Shown here one piece after another: positions 30,387-42,417 of a stretch of DNA of 64,000 nt. Position numbers and translations under genes: made by a program. A model generated the notes under the pieces. The model worked only from the letters and a program-made list of their open reading frames with translations. It made no database searches and was not told the DNA's origin. The DNA lies in assembly GCF_056746865.1 (NCBI RefSeq), contig NZ_CM163382.1; one strand, written 5' to 3'. Positions within the stretch are counted from its first letter, which is position 1. Every line of letters starts with the position of its first letter.

Positions 30387-32797
30387 TTGCACGTTGGTTC
30401 TGGCGCGAATGGCGTTCGCCGTCGCTATTAATTGTCTGGCTGGCGCTAAGCCTGGCGGTGGCCTGCGTGCTGGCGCTGGGCAATATCAGCGATCGCATGG
30501 AGAAGGGCTTAAGCCAACAAAGCCGGGAGTTTATGGCGGGCGATCGGGCGTTGCGCAGTTCGCGCGAAGTGCCGCAAGCATGGCTGGAGGAAGCGCAAAA
30601 GCGCGGCCTGAAAGTCGGCAAGCAGCTGACTTTCGCCACCATGACATTTGCAGGCGACACACCGCAGCTGGCGAACGTTAAAGCGGTGGATGATATCTAC
30701 CCGATGTATGGCGATCTGCAAACCAATCCCCCTGGCCTGAAACCGCAGGCGGGCAGCGTATTGCTGGCCCCACGCCTGATGGCACTGCTTAACCTAAAAA
30801 CGGGCGACACCATTGACGTGGGCGATGCCACCTTGCGGATTGCCGGAGAAGTGATTCAGGAACCGGATTCCGGTTTTAACCCCTTCCAGATGGCTCCGCG
30901 TCTGATGATGAATCTGGCGGATGTCGATAAAACCGGAGCCGTGCAGCCGGGGAGTCGGGTCACCTGGCGCTATAAATTCGGCGGCAACGAGAACCAGCTC
31001 GACAGCTATGAGAAATGGTTGTTACCTCAGCTTAAACCCGAACAACGCTGGTACGGTCTGGAACAGGACGAAGGCGCGCTGGGGCGCTCGATGGAACGCT
31101 CGCAACAGTTCCTGCTGCTTTCGGCGCTTCTGACCTTGCTGCTGGCAGTGGCAGCGGTGGCGGTGGCGATGAATCATTACTGTCGCAGTCGCTACGATCT
31201 TGTGGCGATCCTCAAAACGCTGGGGGCAGGGCGAGCGCAACTGCGTAAGCTAATCGTCGGTCAGTGGTTGATGGTGCTGACGCTTTCAGCCGTTACCGGC
31301 GGGGCGATAGGCCTGTTGTTCGAAAACGTGTTGATGGTGCTGCTCAAGCCCGTTTTGCCTGCTGCACTACCGCCAGCCAGCCTCTGGCCGTGGTTGTGGG
31401 CGCTGGGCACCATGACGGTCATCTCGCTGCTGGTGGGGCTACGACCGTACCGCTTGTTGCTGGCAACCCAGCCTTTACGCGTATTGCGTAATGATGTGGT
31501 CGCGAACGTCTGGCCGCTCAAGTTTTATCTGCCGATTGTCAGTGTGGTGGTTGTGCTGCTGCTCGCCGGATTAATGGGCGGCAGTATGCTGCTCTGGGCG
31601 GTGCTGGCGGGCGCGGTAGTACTGGCTTTGCTGTGCGGTGTGCTGGGCTGGATGCTGCTGAATGTACTTCGCCGCATGACGCTGAAATCGCTACCTCTGC
31701 GCCTGGCGGTTAGCCGCCTGTTACGTCAGCCGTGGTCAACGTTAAGCCAGCTTTCGGCATTTTCGCTCTCCTTTATGCTGCTGGCGCTGTTGCTGGTATT
31801 GCGTGGCGATCTGCTCGACCGCTGGCAACAGCAGCTACCGCCAGAAAGCCCGAACTACTTTTTAATCAACATCGCCACAGAACAGGTAGAACCGCTAAAA
31901 GCGTTCCTCGCGGAACATCAGATAGTCCCGGAATCATTTTATCCGGTGGTGCGGGCGCGACTGACGGCGATTAACGACAAGCCGACAGAAGGCAATGAAG
32001 ATGAGGCGCTTAACCGCGAACTCAATCTTACCTGGCAAAATACGCGGCCCGATCATAATCCGATTGTCGCCGGTAACTGGCCGCCAAAAGCCGATGAAGT
32101 GTCAATGGAAGAGGGGCTGGCGAAACGCTTAAACGTTGCCCTCGGCGATACCGTGACTTTTATGGGCGATACCCAGGAGTTCCGCGCTAAAGTGACCAGC
32201 CTGCGCAAAGTGGACTGGGAAAGTCTGCGGCCTAATTTCTATTTTATTTTCCCTGAAGGGGCATTAGACGGACAACCGCAGAGTTGGCTTACCAGTTTCC
32301 GCTGGGAGAATGGCAACGGCATGTTGACGCAACTCAACCGCCAGTTCCCTACCATTAGCCTGTTAGACATTGGCGCGATTTTAAAACAGGTCGGTCAGGT
32401 GCTGGAGCAGGTAAGTCGGGCGCTGGAAGTGATGGTGGTGCTGGTCACCGCCTGCGGTATGTTGCTGTTGCTGGCACAGGTGCAGGTGGGAATGCGTCAG
32501 CGTCATCAGGAGCTGGTGGTGTGGCGCACACTCGGTGCGGGCAAAAAACTGCTGCGCACGACATTGTGGTGTGAGTTCGCCATGCTCGGGTTTGTATCCG
32601 GCCTGGTGGCCGCAATTGGTGCGGAAACGGCACTGGCGGTACTGCAATCGAAAGTGTTTGATTTCCCGTGGGAGCCAGACTGGCGATTGTGGATTGTTCT
32701 GCCGTGCAGCGGTGCGCTGCTGCTGTCGCTTTGCGGCGGCTGGCTGGGTGCGCGACTGGTTAAGGGTAAGGCGCTATTCAGGCAGTTTGTGGGATGA
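30383..32797 (+). CDS. ybbP: FtsX-like ABC transporter permease YbbP
   Basis: 804 aa, multiple transmembrane segments; start overlaps the ybbA stop. Confidence 0.9.
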   Translation: MIARWFWREWRSPSLLIVWLALSLAVACVLALGNISDRMEKGLSQQSREFMAGDRALRSSREVPQAWLEEAQKRGLKVGKQLTFATMTFAGDTPQLANVKAVDDIYPMYGDLQTNPPGLKPQAGSVLLAPRLMALLNLKTGDTIDVGDATLRIAGEVIQEPDSGFNPFQMAPRLMMNLADVDKTGAVQPGSRVTWRYKFGGNENQLDSYEKWLLPQLKPEQRWYGLEQDEGALGRSMERSQQFLLLSALLTLLLAVAAVAVAMNHYCRSRYDLVAILKTLGAGRAQLRKLIVGQWLMVLTLSAVTGGAIGLLFENVLMVLLKPVLPAALPPASLWPWLWALGTMTVISLLVGLRPYRLLLATQPLRVLRNDVVANVWPLKFYLPIVSVVVVLLLAGLMGGSMLLWAVLAGAVVLALLCGVLGWMLLNVLRRMTLKSLPLRLAVSRLLRQPWSTLSQLSAFSLSFMLLALLLVLRGDLLDRWQQQLPPESPNYFLINIATEQVEPLKAFLAEHQIVPESFYPVVRARLTAINDKPTEGNEDEALNRELNLTWQNTRPDHNPIVAGNWPPKADEVSMEEGLAKRLNVALGDTVTFMGDTQEFRAKVTSLRKVDWESLRPNFYFIFPEGALDGQPQSWLTSFRWENGNGMLTQLNRQFPTISLLDIGAILKQVGQVLEQVSRALEVMVVLVTACGMLLLLAQVQVGMRQRHQELVVWRTLGAGKKLLRTTLWCEFAMLGFVSGLVAAIGAETALAVLQSKVFDFPWEPDWRLWIVLPCSGALLLSLCGGWLGARLVKGKALFRQFVG

Positions 32798-32809
32798 TGA
32801 CAGGCGTTA

Positions 32810-32930
32810 GATTGCCTGATGCGCTACGCTTATCAGGCCTACGAGGATCGTGCAATATATTGATTTTGCAAGATTGTGTAGGCCGGATAAGGCGTTTACG
32901 CCGCATCTGGCATGAACAGTGTGCATTTTG
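32810..32930. repeat. REP/BIME palindromic repeats downstream of ybbP
   Basis: gcctgatgcgctacgcttatcaggcctac and gtaggccggataaggcgtttacgccgcatc motifs. Confidence 0.6.
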
Positions 32931-32942
32931 GCAATAAATATG

Positions 32943-32997
32943 AAACCAACTGTCATGTCGGTTTTTTTAAAGGCCGAAGGTGGTAAACCTTCGGCCT
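32943..32997. terminator. Hairpin pair: imperfect copy of a 30-bp terminator-like element plus a strong adjacent 10-bp stem-loop
   Basis: aaccaactgtcatgtcggttttttt followed by aggccgaagg-tggtaaa-ccttcggcct. Confidence 0.45.
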
Positions 32998-33305
32998 TAG
33001 CTACGTTTCCTCAGTTATTCAATAAACTGACGGATCAGTTCCAGCAGCGCGATTAGCGCCTTAAGAACGATGAGAACTGCCTCTCTCCAAATTAGAGCAC
33101 CAGAATCAGCACCACCTGTATCCTGACCAGGACTTAAAAGTACTTTTCCGCACTGCGGTAATCCCTTGAGGCAGTATCACTACTAGCGTCGGGATTGTAT
33201 CGCCAACATAGCTGTTTGAATATGTAGGCATCCTGACTTATAATTCATTTGCTAGATGAGGACTGTTTCATTTCTGCCCGGAACCACCAAGTCTTGGGCG
33301 GAAAA

Positions 33306-33340
33306 AATAAAAAAACCGACTGTCATGTCGGTTTTTTTAT
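33306..33340. terminator. Bidirectional rho-independent terminator downstream of selU
   Basis: aaaaaaaccgac-tgtcat-gtcggttttttt: stem-loop flanked by an A-run and a T-run. Confidence 0.65.
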
Positions 33341-33401
33341 ATCTGTATTCTGGTGCAACCATTCTGTTCTCACGACAATCGCCGTTTCAGAATACCGCCC
33401 A

Positions 33402-34511
<1,110 letters not shown>

Positions 34512-34564
34512 TCAAATCAGCTTGCGCGCTATTTTACGCGCCAACGCGCAAGGAAACTTGATTT

Positions 34565-35491
34565 TTAACTGCGTGGGTTGCCGAAAATTTCTAAAAATCC
34601 GCTGATTTCCGGCCTGCGCTGGGTAAACAAGGTCACAATATCTTCTACCGCTTTGCCGCTGCCAAATTTGCGCCATGCCAGACTCAATGGCGAAGGAGGG
34701 CGCATCGTTGGGATTACCCGGCTGACCAGTTGTTGATTATCGATCATTGACTGGCAAAGTGATTTTGGCAAAAAACCAATGCCAACGCCCGCCAGATGGG
34801 CGGCGATTTTCGTTTCCATATCGGGAACAATAATCTCTTTTTGCCCCGGCAATCGCCAGGCGACGCGTTTGGTTAGTGTTCGGGCGCTGTCTTCAATATT
34901 GACCGCCGGAAAGCGCCGCAACTGTGCTTCTGTTAGCGGCTCTTCAACGTTCGCCAGCGGATGATCCGCCGCCATGACAAAGCGCCATTGCACCGATCCT
35001 AAGGGATCAAGACTAAAGGTATTTGCCAGCGCCTCGGTTCCCGTGACGCCGATAGCCAGTGAAAAACCTTCGTACAATAGCGAGTCCCAGACGCCCATAT
35101 AGATTTGTCGGGAGATGTGAAACTGGGTAAACGGGTAACGTTCATTCAGCCACGCCAGCAGCTGGGCGACGGCCTGGGGGGTGTAGAGCAGGTTGTTGAT
35201 GACAATATTCACCTGGCGTTCCACGCCATCATTCACCTGTTGCAGCTCGCTGGGCATACTTTCCAGCCAGCTCAGCCAGTCTCTGGCCTGGGAAAGTAGA
35301 TGCTCGCCAGCCGCTGTCAACGTCACGCTGCGAGTCGTGCGGAAAAACAGCGCCACTCCGGTATTCTCTTCCAGAAGTTTAATGCGATAACTGATCGTCG
35401 CCGTGGTTTTACACAATCGTTCTGCCGCTTTTGAAAAACTTCCTGTTTCAGCAACCGCAATGAAAGTCCGCAAGGTTTCTGGATCGAACAT
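34565..35491 (-). CDS. allS: LysR-type activator AllS
   Basis: 308 aa with N-terminal HTH; divergent from allA. Confidence 0.9.
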   Translation of the reverse strand: MFDPETLRTFIAVAETGSFSKAAERLCKTTATISYRIKLLEENTGVALFFRTTRSVTLTAAGEHLLSQARDWLSWLESMPSELQQVNDGVERQVNIVINNLLYTPQAVAQLLAWLNERYPFTQFHISRQIYMGVWDSLLYEGFSLAIGVTGTEALANTFSLDPLGSVQWRFVMAADHPLANVEEPLTEAQLRRFPAVNIEDSARTLTKRVAWRLPGQKEIIVPDMETKIAAHLAGVGIGFLPKSLCQSMIDNQQLVSRVIPTMRPPSPLSLAWRKFGSGKAVEDIVTLFTQRRPEISGFLEIFGNPRS

Positions 35492-35598
35492 CTTCAGGTA
35501 TCCCCTTTTAAATCCGCAAGTTGCGTGATTTTCTTATCCTCTGATTTATCAGTATTTTTACATGATAACCCTGTTCAATTTGTGGACTAAATCTAGTT

Positions 35599-35615
35599 TT
35601 GGAAAAATATTCCAA
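35599..35615. promoter_or_regulatory. Candidate AllR operator in the allS-allA intergenic region
   Basis: Palindrome ttggaaaaatattccaa, near-identical to the palindrome upstream of gcl. Confidence 0.55.
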
Positions 35616-35720
35616 CTTTTGTGTTGATGTTGTTCTCTTAAGGTTTTAGATTGCCTGTTATTGAAACCAAGCTGACCGGTCGGCGGTGGTTGAACGGAAT
35701 TATGTTATAAGGACAAAAAG

Positions 35721-36203
35721 ATGAAACTTCAGGTATTACCGTTAAGTCAGGAAGCCTTTAGTGCTTATGGCGACGTAATCGAAACGCAGAAACGGGATTT
35801 TTTCCATATTAACAATGGACTGGTGGAGCGTTACCACGATTTGGCGCTGGTTGAGATTCTTGAGCAAGACCGTACGCTTATCAGCATTAACCGCGCGCAA
35901 CCGGCGAATCTGCCGCTGACCATTCACGAACTCGAACGTCATCCGCTGGGTACTCAGGCCTTTATCCCGATGAAAGGTGAAGTGTTTGTGGTGGTCGTGG
36001 CGTTAGGTGACGACAAACCAGACCTGTCAACGCTGCGGGCGTTTATTACCAACGGCGAACAGGGGGTGAATTACCATCGTAACGTCTGGCATCATCCACT
36101 TTTCGCCTGGCAGCGCGTCACCGATTTTCTGACCATCGATCGCGGCGGCAGTGACAACTGTGATGTTGAAAGTATTCCTGAACAGGAACTCTGTTTTGCG
36201 TGA
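35721..36203 (+). CDS. allA: Ureidoglycolate lyase AllA
   Basis: 160 aa, [21 protein letters not shown]... Confidence 0.9.
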   Translation: MKLQVLPLSQEAFSAYGDVIETQKRDFFHINNGLVERYHDLALVEILEQDRTLISINRAQPANLPLTIHELERHPLGTQAFIPMKGEVFVVVVALGDDKPDLSTLRAFITNGEQGVNYHRNVWHHPLFAWQRVTDFLTIDRGGSDNCDVESIPEQELCFA

Positions 36204-36280
36204 CGCCTGCAACCGACTTGCATAAGATAAACTAATTGTTCATTGTTTATGCTCACTTGTAGGTCGGAGTTAACGTAGGT

Positions 36281-37096
36281 ATGACGGAAGTTAGACGGCG
36301 CGGCAGGCCAGGACAGGCGGAGCCTGTGGCACAGAAGGGCGCACAGGCGTTAGAGCGGGGAATTGCGATTCTGCAATATCTGGAAAAAAGTGGGGGAAGT
36401 TCGTCGGTTAGCGATATCTCTCTCAATCTGGATTTGCCGCTCTCCACGACCTTTCGCTTGCTGAAGGTTTTACAGGCAGCGGATTTTGTCTATCAGGACA
36501 GTCAGTTAGGCTGGTGGCATATAGGATTAGGTGTCTTTAACGTCGGTGCGGCGTACATCCATAACCGCGATGTCCTCTCCGTCGCCGGGCCGTTTATGCG
36601 CCGCCTGATGTTACTTTCCGGCGAAACGGTCAATGTCGCGATCCGTAACGGTAATGAAGCGGTATTAATTGGTCAGTTAGAGTGTAAATCGATGGTCAGG
36701 ATGTGCGCGCCACTGGGCAGTCGTCTGCCGCTGCATGCTTCCGGTGCGGGCAAAGCGCTGCTTTATCCGCTGGCGGAAGAGGAGTTGATGAGCATCATTC
36801 TGCAAACCGGTTTGCAGCAGTTTACGCCAACTACGCTTGTGGATATGCCCACCTTGCTGAAGGACCTGGAACAAGCGCGTGAACTGAGCTATACCGTAGA
36901 TAAAGAAGAGCATGTTGTCGGCCTGAATTGTATAGCTTCAGCAATTTACGATGATGTAGGTAGCGTTGTTGCCGCTATCTCCATCTCCGGGCCTTCATCA
37001 AGACTGACAGAAGATCGTTTTGTCAGTCAGGGTGAGCTGGTCAGAGACACCGCCCGCGATATCAGCACGGCGTTGGGACTGAAAGCACATCCATAG
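36281..37096 (+). CDS. allR: IclR-family repressor AllR
   Basis: 271 aa; N-terminal HTH and C-terminal IclR effector domain. Confidence 0.9.
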   Translation: MTEVRRRGRPGQAEPVAQKGAQALERGIAILQYLEKSGGSSSVSDISLNLDLPLSTTFRLLKVLQAADFVYQDSQLGWWHIGLGVFNVGAAYIHNRDVLSVAGPFMRRLMLLSGETVNVAIRNGNEAVLIGQLECKSMVRMCAPLGSRLPLHASGAGKALLYPLAEEELMSIILQTGLQQFTPTTLVDMPTLLKDLEQARELSYTVDKEEHVVGLNCIASAIYDDVGSVVAAISISGPSSRLTEDRFVSQGELVRDTARDISTALGLKAHP

Positions 37097-37108
37097 TGTC
37101 TGTCGCAT

Positions 37109-37133
37109 CCCGCTCTGCGGAGCGGGTTTTTTT
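37109..37133 (+). terminator. Rho-independent terminator after allR
   Basis: cccgctc-tgcg-gagcggg followed by ttttttt. Confidence 0.65.
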
Positions 37134-37148
37134 GACAAAATTTGAAAG

Positions 37149-37165
37149 TTGGAAAATTTTTCCAA
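37149..37165. promoter_or_regulatory. Candidate AllR operator in the gcl promoter
   Basis: Perfect palindrome ttggaaaatttttccaa, about 20 bp upstream of the gcl ribosome-binding site. Confidence 0.6.
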
Positions 37166-37185
37166 TTAATAGAGGTAGGAATAAA

Positions 37186-38967
37186 ATGGCAAAAATGAGA
37201 GCCGTTGACGCGGCAATGTATGTGCTGGAGAAAGAAGGTATCACCACCGCCTTCGGCGTTCCGGGAGCTGCAATCAATCCGTTCTACTCAGCGATGCGTA
37301 AGCACGGCGGTATTCGTCACATTCTGGCGCGTCATGTGGAAGGTGCTTCGCACATGGCGGAAGGTTATACCCGCGCAACGGCAGGGAATATCGGCGTATG
37401 TCTGGGAACCTCGGGACCAGCAGGCACTGACATGATCACCGCGCTCTATTCCGCTTCTGCTGATTCCATTCCTATTCTGTGTATTACCGGTCAGGCACCG
37501 CGCGCCCGTCTGCATAAAGAAGATTTTCAGGCCGTAGATATTGAAGCAATTGCTAAACCGGTCAGCAAAATGGCGGTTACAGTTCGTGAAGCGGCGCTGG
37601 TGCCTCGTGTGCTGCAACAGGCATTTCACCTGATGCGTTCTGGTCGTCCGGGGCCGGTACTGGTGGATTTACCGTTTGACGTACAGGTTGCGGAAATCGA
37701 GTTTGATCCTGACATGTACGAACCGCTGCCGGTCTACAAACCTGCAGCCAGCCGTATGCAGATCGAAAAAGCGGTAGAAATGTTAATTCAGGCCGAACGT
37801 CCGGTGATTGTTGCCGGGGGCGGGGTAATCAATGCTGACGCAGCTGCACTGTTACAACAGTTTGCTGAACTGACCAGCGTTCCGGTGATCCCAACGCTGA
37901 TGGGCTGGGGCTGTATCCCGGATGACCACGAACTGATGGCCGGGATGGTGGGTCTGCAAACTGCGCATCGTTACGGTAACGCAACGCTACTGGCGTCCGA
38001 CATGGTGTTTGGTATCGGTAACCGTTTTGCTAACCGTCATACCGGTTCGGTAGAGAAATACACCGAAGGGCGCAAAATCGTTCATATCGATATTGAGCCG
38101 ACGCAAATTGGCCGCGTGCTGTGTCCGGATCTGGGCATTGTCTCTGATGCTAAAGCGGCGCTGACGCTGCTGGTTGAAGTGGCGCAGGAGATGCAAAAAG
38201 CGGGTCGTCTGCCGTGTCGTAAAGAATGGGTCGCCGACTGCCAGCAGCGCAAACGCACTTTGCTGCGCAAAACCCACTTCGACAATGTGCCGGTGAAACC
38301 GCAGCGCGTGTATGAAGAGATGAACAAAGCCTTTGGTCGCGATGTTTGTTATGTCACCACCATTGGTTTGTCACAAATCGCTGCGGCACAAATGCTACAT
38401 GTCTTTAAAGACCGCCACTGGATCAACTGTGGGCAGGCAGGCCCGTTGGGCTGGACCATTCCGGCGGCGCTGGGCGTGTGTGCCGCTGATCCAGAGCGCA
38501 ATGTGGTGGCGATTTCCGGTGACTTCGACTTCCAGTTTCTGATTGAAGAATTAGCCGTTGGCGCACAGTTCAACATTCCGTACATCCATGTACTGGTCAA
38601 TAACGCCTATCTGGGTCTGATTCGCCAGTCGCAGCGCGCGTTTGATATGGATTACTGCGTACAGCTCGCGTTCGAAAATATTAACTCCAGCGAAGTGAAC
38701 GGTTACGGCGTCGACCACGTAAAAGTAGCGGAAGGTTTAGGTTGTAAAGCGATTCGCGTTTTCAAACCGGAAGATATAGCACCAGCCTTTGAACAGGCGA
38801 AAGCCTTAATGGCGCAATATCGGGTACCGGTAGTCGTGGAAGTTATTCTCGAGCGTGTGACCAATATTTCGATGGGCAGCGAACTGGATAATGTCATGGA
38901 ATTTGAAGATATCGCCGATAACGCAGTGGATGCACCGACTGAAACCTGCTTCATGCACTATGAATAA
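37186..38967 (+). CDS. gcl: Glyoxylate carboligase (tartronate-semialdehyde synthase)
   Basis: Start placed at [27 protein letters not shown]...; ThDP-enzyme architecture; RBS aggtagga upstream. Confidence 0.95.
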   Translation: MAKMRAVDAAMYVLEKEGITTAFGVPGAAINPFYSAMRKHGGIRHILARHVEGASHMAEGYTRATAGNIGVCLGTSGPAGTDMITALYSASADSIPILCITGQAPRARLHKEDFQAVDIEAIAKPVSKMAVTVREAALVPRVLQQAFHLMRSGRPGPVLVDLPFDVQVAEIEFDPDMYEPLPVYKPAASRMQIEKAVEMLIQAERPVIVAGGGVINADAAALLQQFAELTSVPVIPTLMGWGCIPDDHELMAGMVGLQTAHRYGNATLLASDMVFGIGNRFANRHTGSVEKYTEGRKIVHIDIEPTQIGRVLCPDLGIVSDAKAALTLLVEVAQEMQKAGRLPCRKEWVADCQQRKRTLLRKTHFDNVPVKPQRVYEEMNKAFGRDVCYVTTIGLSQIAAAQMLHVFKDRHWINCGQAGPLGWTIPAALGVCAADPERNVVAISGDFDFQFLIEELAVGAQFNIPYIHVLVNNAYLGLIRQSQRAFDMDYCVQLAFENINSSEVNGYGVDHVKVAEGLGCKAIRVFKPEDIAPAFEQAKALMAQYRVPVVVEVILERVTNISMGSELDNVMEFEDIADNAVDAPTETCFMHYE

Positions 38968-38979
38968 GGGAGATAAATA

Positions 38980-39756
38980 ATGTTACGTTTCTCTGCTAAT
39001 TTATCGATGTTATTTGGTGAATATGATTTTCTCGCCCGTTTTGAGAAAGCTGCGCAGTGTGGTTTTCGCGGCGTTGAATTTATGTTCCCTTATGACTACG
39101 ACATTGAAGAATTAAAACAGGTGCTGGCGAGTAATAAACTCGAACATACGCTGCACAATTTACCGGCAGGTGACTGGGCGGCGGGCGAGCGGGGTATTGC
39201 CTGTATTCCTGGCCGTGAAGAAGAGTTTCGGGATGGCGTAGCAGCAGCGATTCGTTATGCCCGTGCGCTGGGTAATAAAAAAATTAACTGTCTGGTCGGT
39301 AAAACGCCGGCTGGTTTCAGCAGTGAACAGATTCACGCAACGCTTGTAGAAAACCTGCGTTATGCCGCGAATATGCTGATGAAAGAAGATATTTTATTAC
39401 TGATTGAACCTATTAACCATTTTGATATTCCTGGTTTCCATCTCACCGGAACTCGGCAGGCACTGAAACTGATTGATGATGTTGGTTGCTGCAATTTGAA
39501 AATACAGTATGACATTTATCACATGCAGCGGATGGAAGGTGAATTAACCAACACTATGACGCAATGGGCCGATAAAATTGGTCACCTGCAAATTGCTGAT
39601 AATCCGCATCGCGGCGAACCGGGGACCGGAGAAATTAATTATGATTATCTCTTTAAGGTAATCGAAAATTCTGACTACAACGGTTGGGTTGGGTGTGAAT
39701 ATAAACCCCAAACCACCACGGAAGCCGGTTTACGCTGGATGGATCCGTACCGTTAA
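38980..39756 (+). CDS. hyi: Hydroxypyruvate isomerase
   Basis: 258 aa, MLRFSANLSMLFGEYDFLARFEKAAQCGFRGVEF... Confidence 0.9.
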   Translation: MLRFSANLSMLFGEYDFLARFEKAAQCGFRGVEFMFPYDYDIEELKQVLASNKLEHTLHNLPAGDWAAGERGIACIPGREEEFRDGVAAAIRYARALGNKKINCLVGKTPAGFSSEQIHATLVENLRYAANMLMKEDILLLIEPINHFDIPGFHLTGTRQALKLIDDVGCCNLKIQYDIYHMQRMEGELTNTMTQWADKIGHLQIADNPHRGEPGTGEINYDYLFKVIENSDYNGWVGCEYKPQTTTEAGLRWMDPYR

Positions 39757-39855
39757 AACGTAACGCTATTCAGACAATGCTTTTTTAGGCCGCTAAGTTG
39801 GCAGGGGATCGTGTTGTCTGAATTCAGGAAAAGCGAAATTTAAAAGAGGTTAATT

Positions 39856-40734
39856 ATGAAACTGGGATTTATTGGCTTAGGCATTATGGGTACACCGATG
39901 GCCATTAATCTGGCGCGAGCCGGTCATCAACTGCATGTCACAACCATTGGTCCGGTTGCTGATGAATTACTGTCACTGGGTGCCGTCAGTGTTGAAACTG
40001 CGCGCCAGGTAACGGAAGCATCGGACATCATTTTTATTATGGTGCCGGATACGCCACAGGTTGAAGAAGTTCTGTTTGGTGAAAATGGTTGTACCAAAGC
40101 CTCGCTGAAGGGCAAAACCATTGTTGATATGAGCTCCATTTCCCCGATTGAAACTAAGCGTTTCGCTCGTCAGGTGAATGAACTGGGCGGCGATTATCTC
40201 GATGCGCCCGTCTCCGGCGGTGAAATCGGCGCGCGTGAAGGGACGTTGTCGATTATGGTTGGCGGTGACGAAGCGGTATTTGAACGTGTTAAACCGCTGT
40301 TTGAACTGCTCGGTAAAAATATCACCCTCGTGGGCGGTAACGGCGACGGTCAAACCTGCAAAGTGGCAAATCAGATTATCGTGGCGCTCAATATTGAAGC
40401 GGTTTCTGAAGCCCTGCTGTTTGCTTCAAAAGCCGGTGCAGATCCGGTACGTGTGCGCCAGGCGCTGATGGGCGGCTTTGCTTCCTCACGTATTCTGGAA
40501 GTTCACGGTGAGCGCATGATTAAACGCACCTTTAATCCAGGTTTTAAAATTGCGCTGCACCAGAAAGATCTCAACCTGGCACTGCAAAGTGCGAAAGCAC
40601 TTGCGCTGAACCTGCCAAACACTGCGACCTGCCAGGAGTTATTTAATACCTGTGCGGCAAACGGTGGCAGCCAGTTGGATCACTCTGCGTTAGTGCAGGC
40701 GCTGGAATTAATGGCTAACCATAAACTGGCCTGA
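39856..40734 (+). CDS. glxR: Tartronate semialdehyde reductase
   Basis: 292 aa; NAD-binding GFIGLGIMG motif. Confidence 0.9.
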   Translation: MKLGFIGLGIMGTPMAINLARAGHQLHVTTIGPVADELLSLGAVSVETARQVTEASDIIFIMVPDTPQVEEVLFGENGCTKASLKGKTIVDMSSISPIETKRFARQVNELGGDYLDAPVSGGEIGAREGTLSIMVGGDEAVFERVKPLFELLGKNITLVGGNGDGQTCKVANQIIVALNIEAVSEALLFASKAGADPVRVRQALMGGFASSRILEVHGERMIKRTFNPGFKIALHQKDLNLALQSAKALALNLPNTATCQELFNTCAANGGSQLDHSALVQALELMANHKLA

Positions 40735-40903
40735 TACCCGCAATAAAAATGGCCGATATCAGAAAATGAATCGGCCAGCAATATTAAAAAAAGAAAGCAG
40801 CCAAAGATGTTGCTTCAGTATTAAAAATAATATTTTTATTTTATTTGTTCCTCATAGCTAGATTAAAACAGCGTTATTCGATACGTGAAATTAAGAGGGA
40901 TTT

Positions 40904-42358
40904 ATGGAACATCAGAGAAAACTATTCCAGCAACGCGGCTATAGCGAAGATCTATTGCCGAAAACGCAAAGCCAGCGGACCTGGAAAACATTTAACTATT
41001 TTACCTTATGGATGGGTTCGGTTCATAACGTTCCCAATTATGTGATGGTCGGCGGCTTTTTTATTCTCGGCTTGTCTACCTTTAGTATTATGCTGGCAAT
41101 TATCCTCAGCGCCTTTTTCATTGCCGCGGTAATGGTATTAAACGGTGCTGCGGGCAGTAAATACGGTGTGCCTTTTGCCATGATCCTGCGTGCTTCTTAC
41201 GGCGTACGTGGTGCACTGTTTCCCGGATTATTAAGAGGCGGGATTGCTGCCATTATGTGGTTTGGCCTGCAATGTTACGCTGGATCGCTGGCCTGCTTGA
41301 TTCTGATTGGCAAAATCTGGCCGGGATTTTTAACTCTCGGTGGTGATTTTACCCTGTTAGGGCTTTCTCTACCGGGCTTAATCACTTTCTTACTCTTCTG
41401 GCTGGTGAACGTCGGAATCGGTTTCGGTGGTGGCAAAGTTTTAAATAAATTCACTGCCATTCTTAACCCGTGCATCTATATCGTTTTCGGCGGTATGGCG
41501 ATTTGGGCGATTTCGCTGGTCGGGCTCGGTCCAATCTTTGACTACATTCCGAGCGGTATTCAGAAAGCAGAAAACAGTGGCTTCCTGTTCCTGGTGGTGA
41601 TTAACGCGGTAGTTGCGGTCTGGGCGGCACCGGCGGTGAGCGCATCCGACTTTACGCAAAACGCCCACTCGTTTCGTGAGCAGGCGCTGGGGCAAACGCT
41701 CGGTTTAGTTGTGGCCTATATTCTGTTTGCGGTCGCCGGGGTATGTATTATTGCCGGAGCCAGTATTCACTACGGCGCTGACACCTGGAACGTGCTGGAT
41801 ATTGTTCAGCGTTGGGATAGCCTGTTTGCCTCGTTCTTTGCGGTACTGGTTATTCTGATGACGACTATCTCCACTAACGCCACCGGTAATATTATTCCTG
41901 CTGGTTATCAGATTGCCGCTATTGCACCGACGAAACTGACCTATAAAAACGGCGTACTGATTGCCAGTATTATCAGCCTGCTGATCTGCCCGTGGAAATT
42001 AATGGAAAATCAGGACAGTATTTATCTGTTCCTCGATATTATCGGCGGAATGCTGGGTCCGGTAATTGGTGTCATGATGGCGCATTATTTTGTGGTGATG
42101 CGTGGGCAAATTAATCTTGATGAACTGTACACCGCACCTGGCGATTATAAATATTACGATAACGGTTTTAACCTCACTGCGTTTTCAGTAACTCTGGTGG
42201 CCGTTATTTTATCTCTTGGCGGTAAGTTTATTCCCTTTATGGAACCGTTATCTCGTGTTTCATGGTTTGTCGGCGTCATCGTCGCCTTTGCGGCCTACGC
42301 CTTATTAAAGAAACGTACAACAGCAGAAAAAACAGGAGAGCAAAAAACCATAGGTTAA
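40904..42358 (+). CDS. ybbW: Allantoin permease (NCS1 family) YbbW
   Basis: 484 aa, polytopic membrane protein within the allantoin cluster. Confidence 0.85.
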   Translation: MEHQRKLFQQRGYSEDLLPKTQSQRTWKTFNYFTLWMGSVHNVPNYVMVGGFFILGLSTFSIMLAIILSAFFIAAVMVLNGAAGSKYGVPFAMILRASYGVRGALFPGLLRGGIAAIMWFGLQCYAGSLACLILIGKIWPGFLTLGGDFTLLGLSLPGLITFLLFWLVNVGIGFGGGKVLNKFTAILNPCIYIVFGGMAIWAISLVGLGPIFDYIPSGIQKAENSGFLFLVVINAVVAVWAAPAVSASDFTQNAHSFREQALGQTLGLVVAYILFAVAGVCIIAGASIHYGADTWNVLDIVQRWDSLFASFFAVLVILMTTISTNATGNIIPAGYQIAAIAPTKLTYKNGVLIASIISLLICPWKLMENQDSIYLFLDIIGGMLGPVIGVMMAHYFVVMRGQINLDELYTAPGDYKYYDNGFNLTAFSVTLVAVILSLGGKFIPFMEPLSRVSWFVGVIVAFAAYALLKKRTTAEKTGEQKTIG

Positions 42359-42417
42359 TTAATCCCGATATTGAACATTGAGTTAAAAACCAATCTGTAT
42401 TTTACAAGGAGTTTGTT

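Noticed and set aside
37096-37185. Longer gcl ORF starting at 37096 (623 aa)
   Set aside because: The extension would read through the allR terminator and the AllR operator; the ATG at 37186 has a good ribosome-binding site and gives the recognisable N-terminus [13 protein letters not shown].
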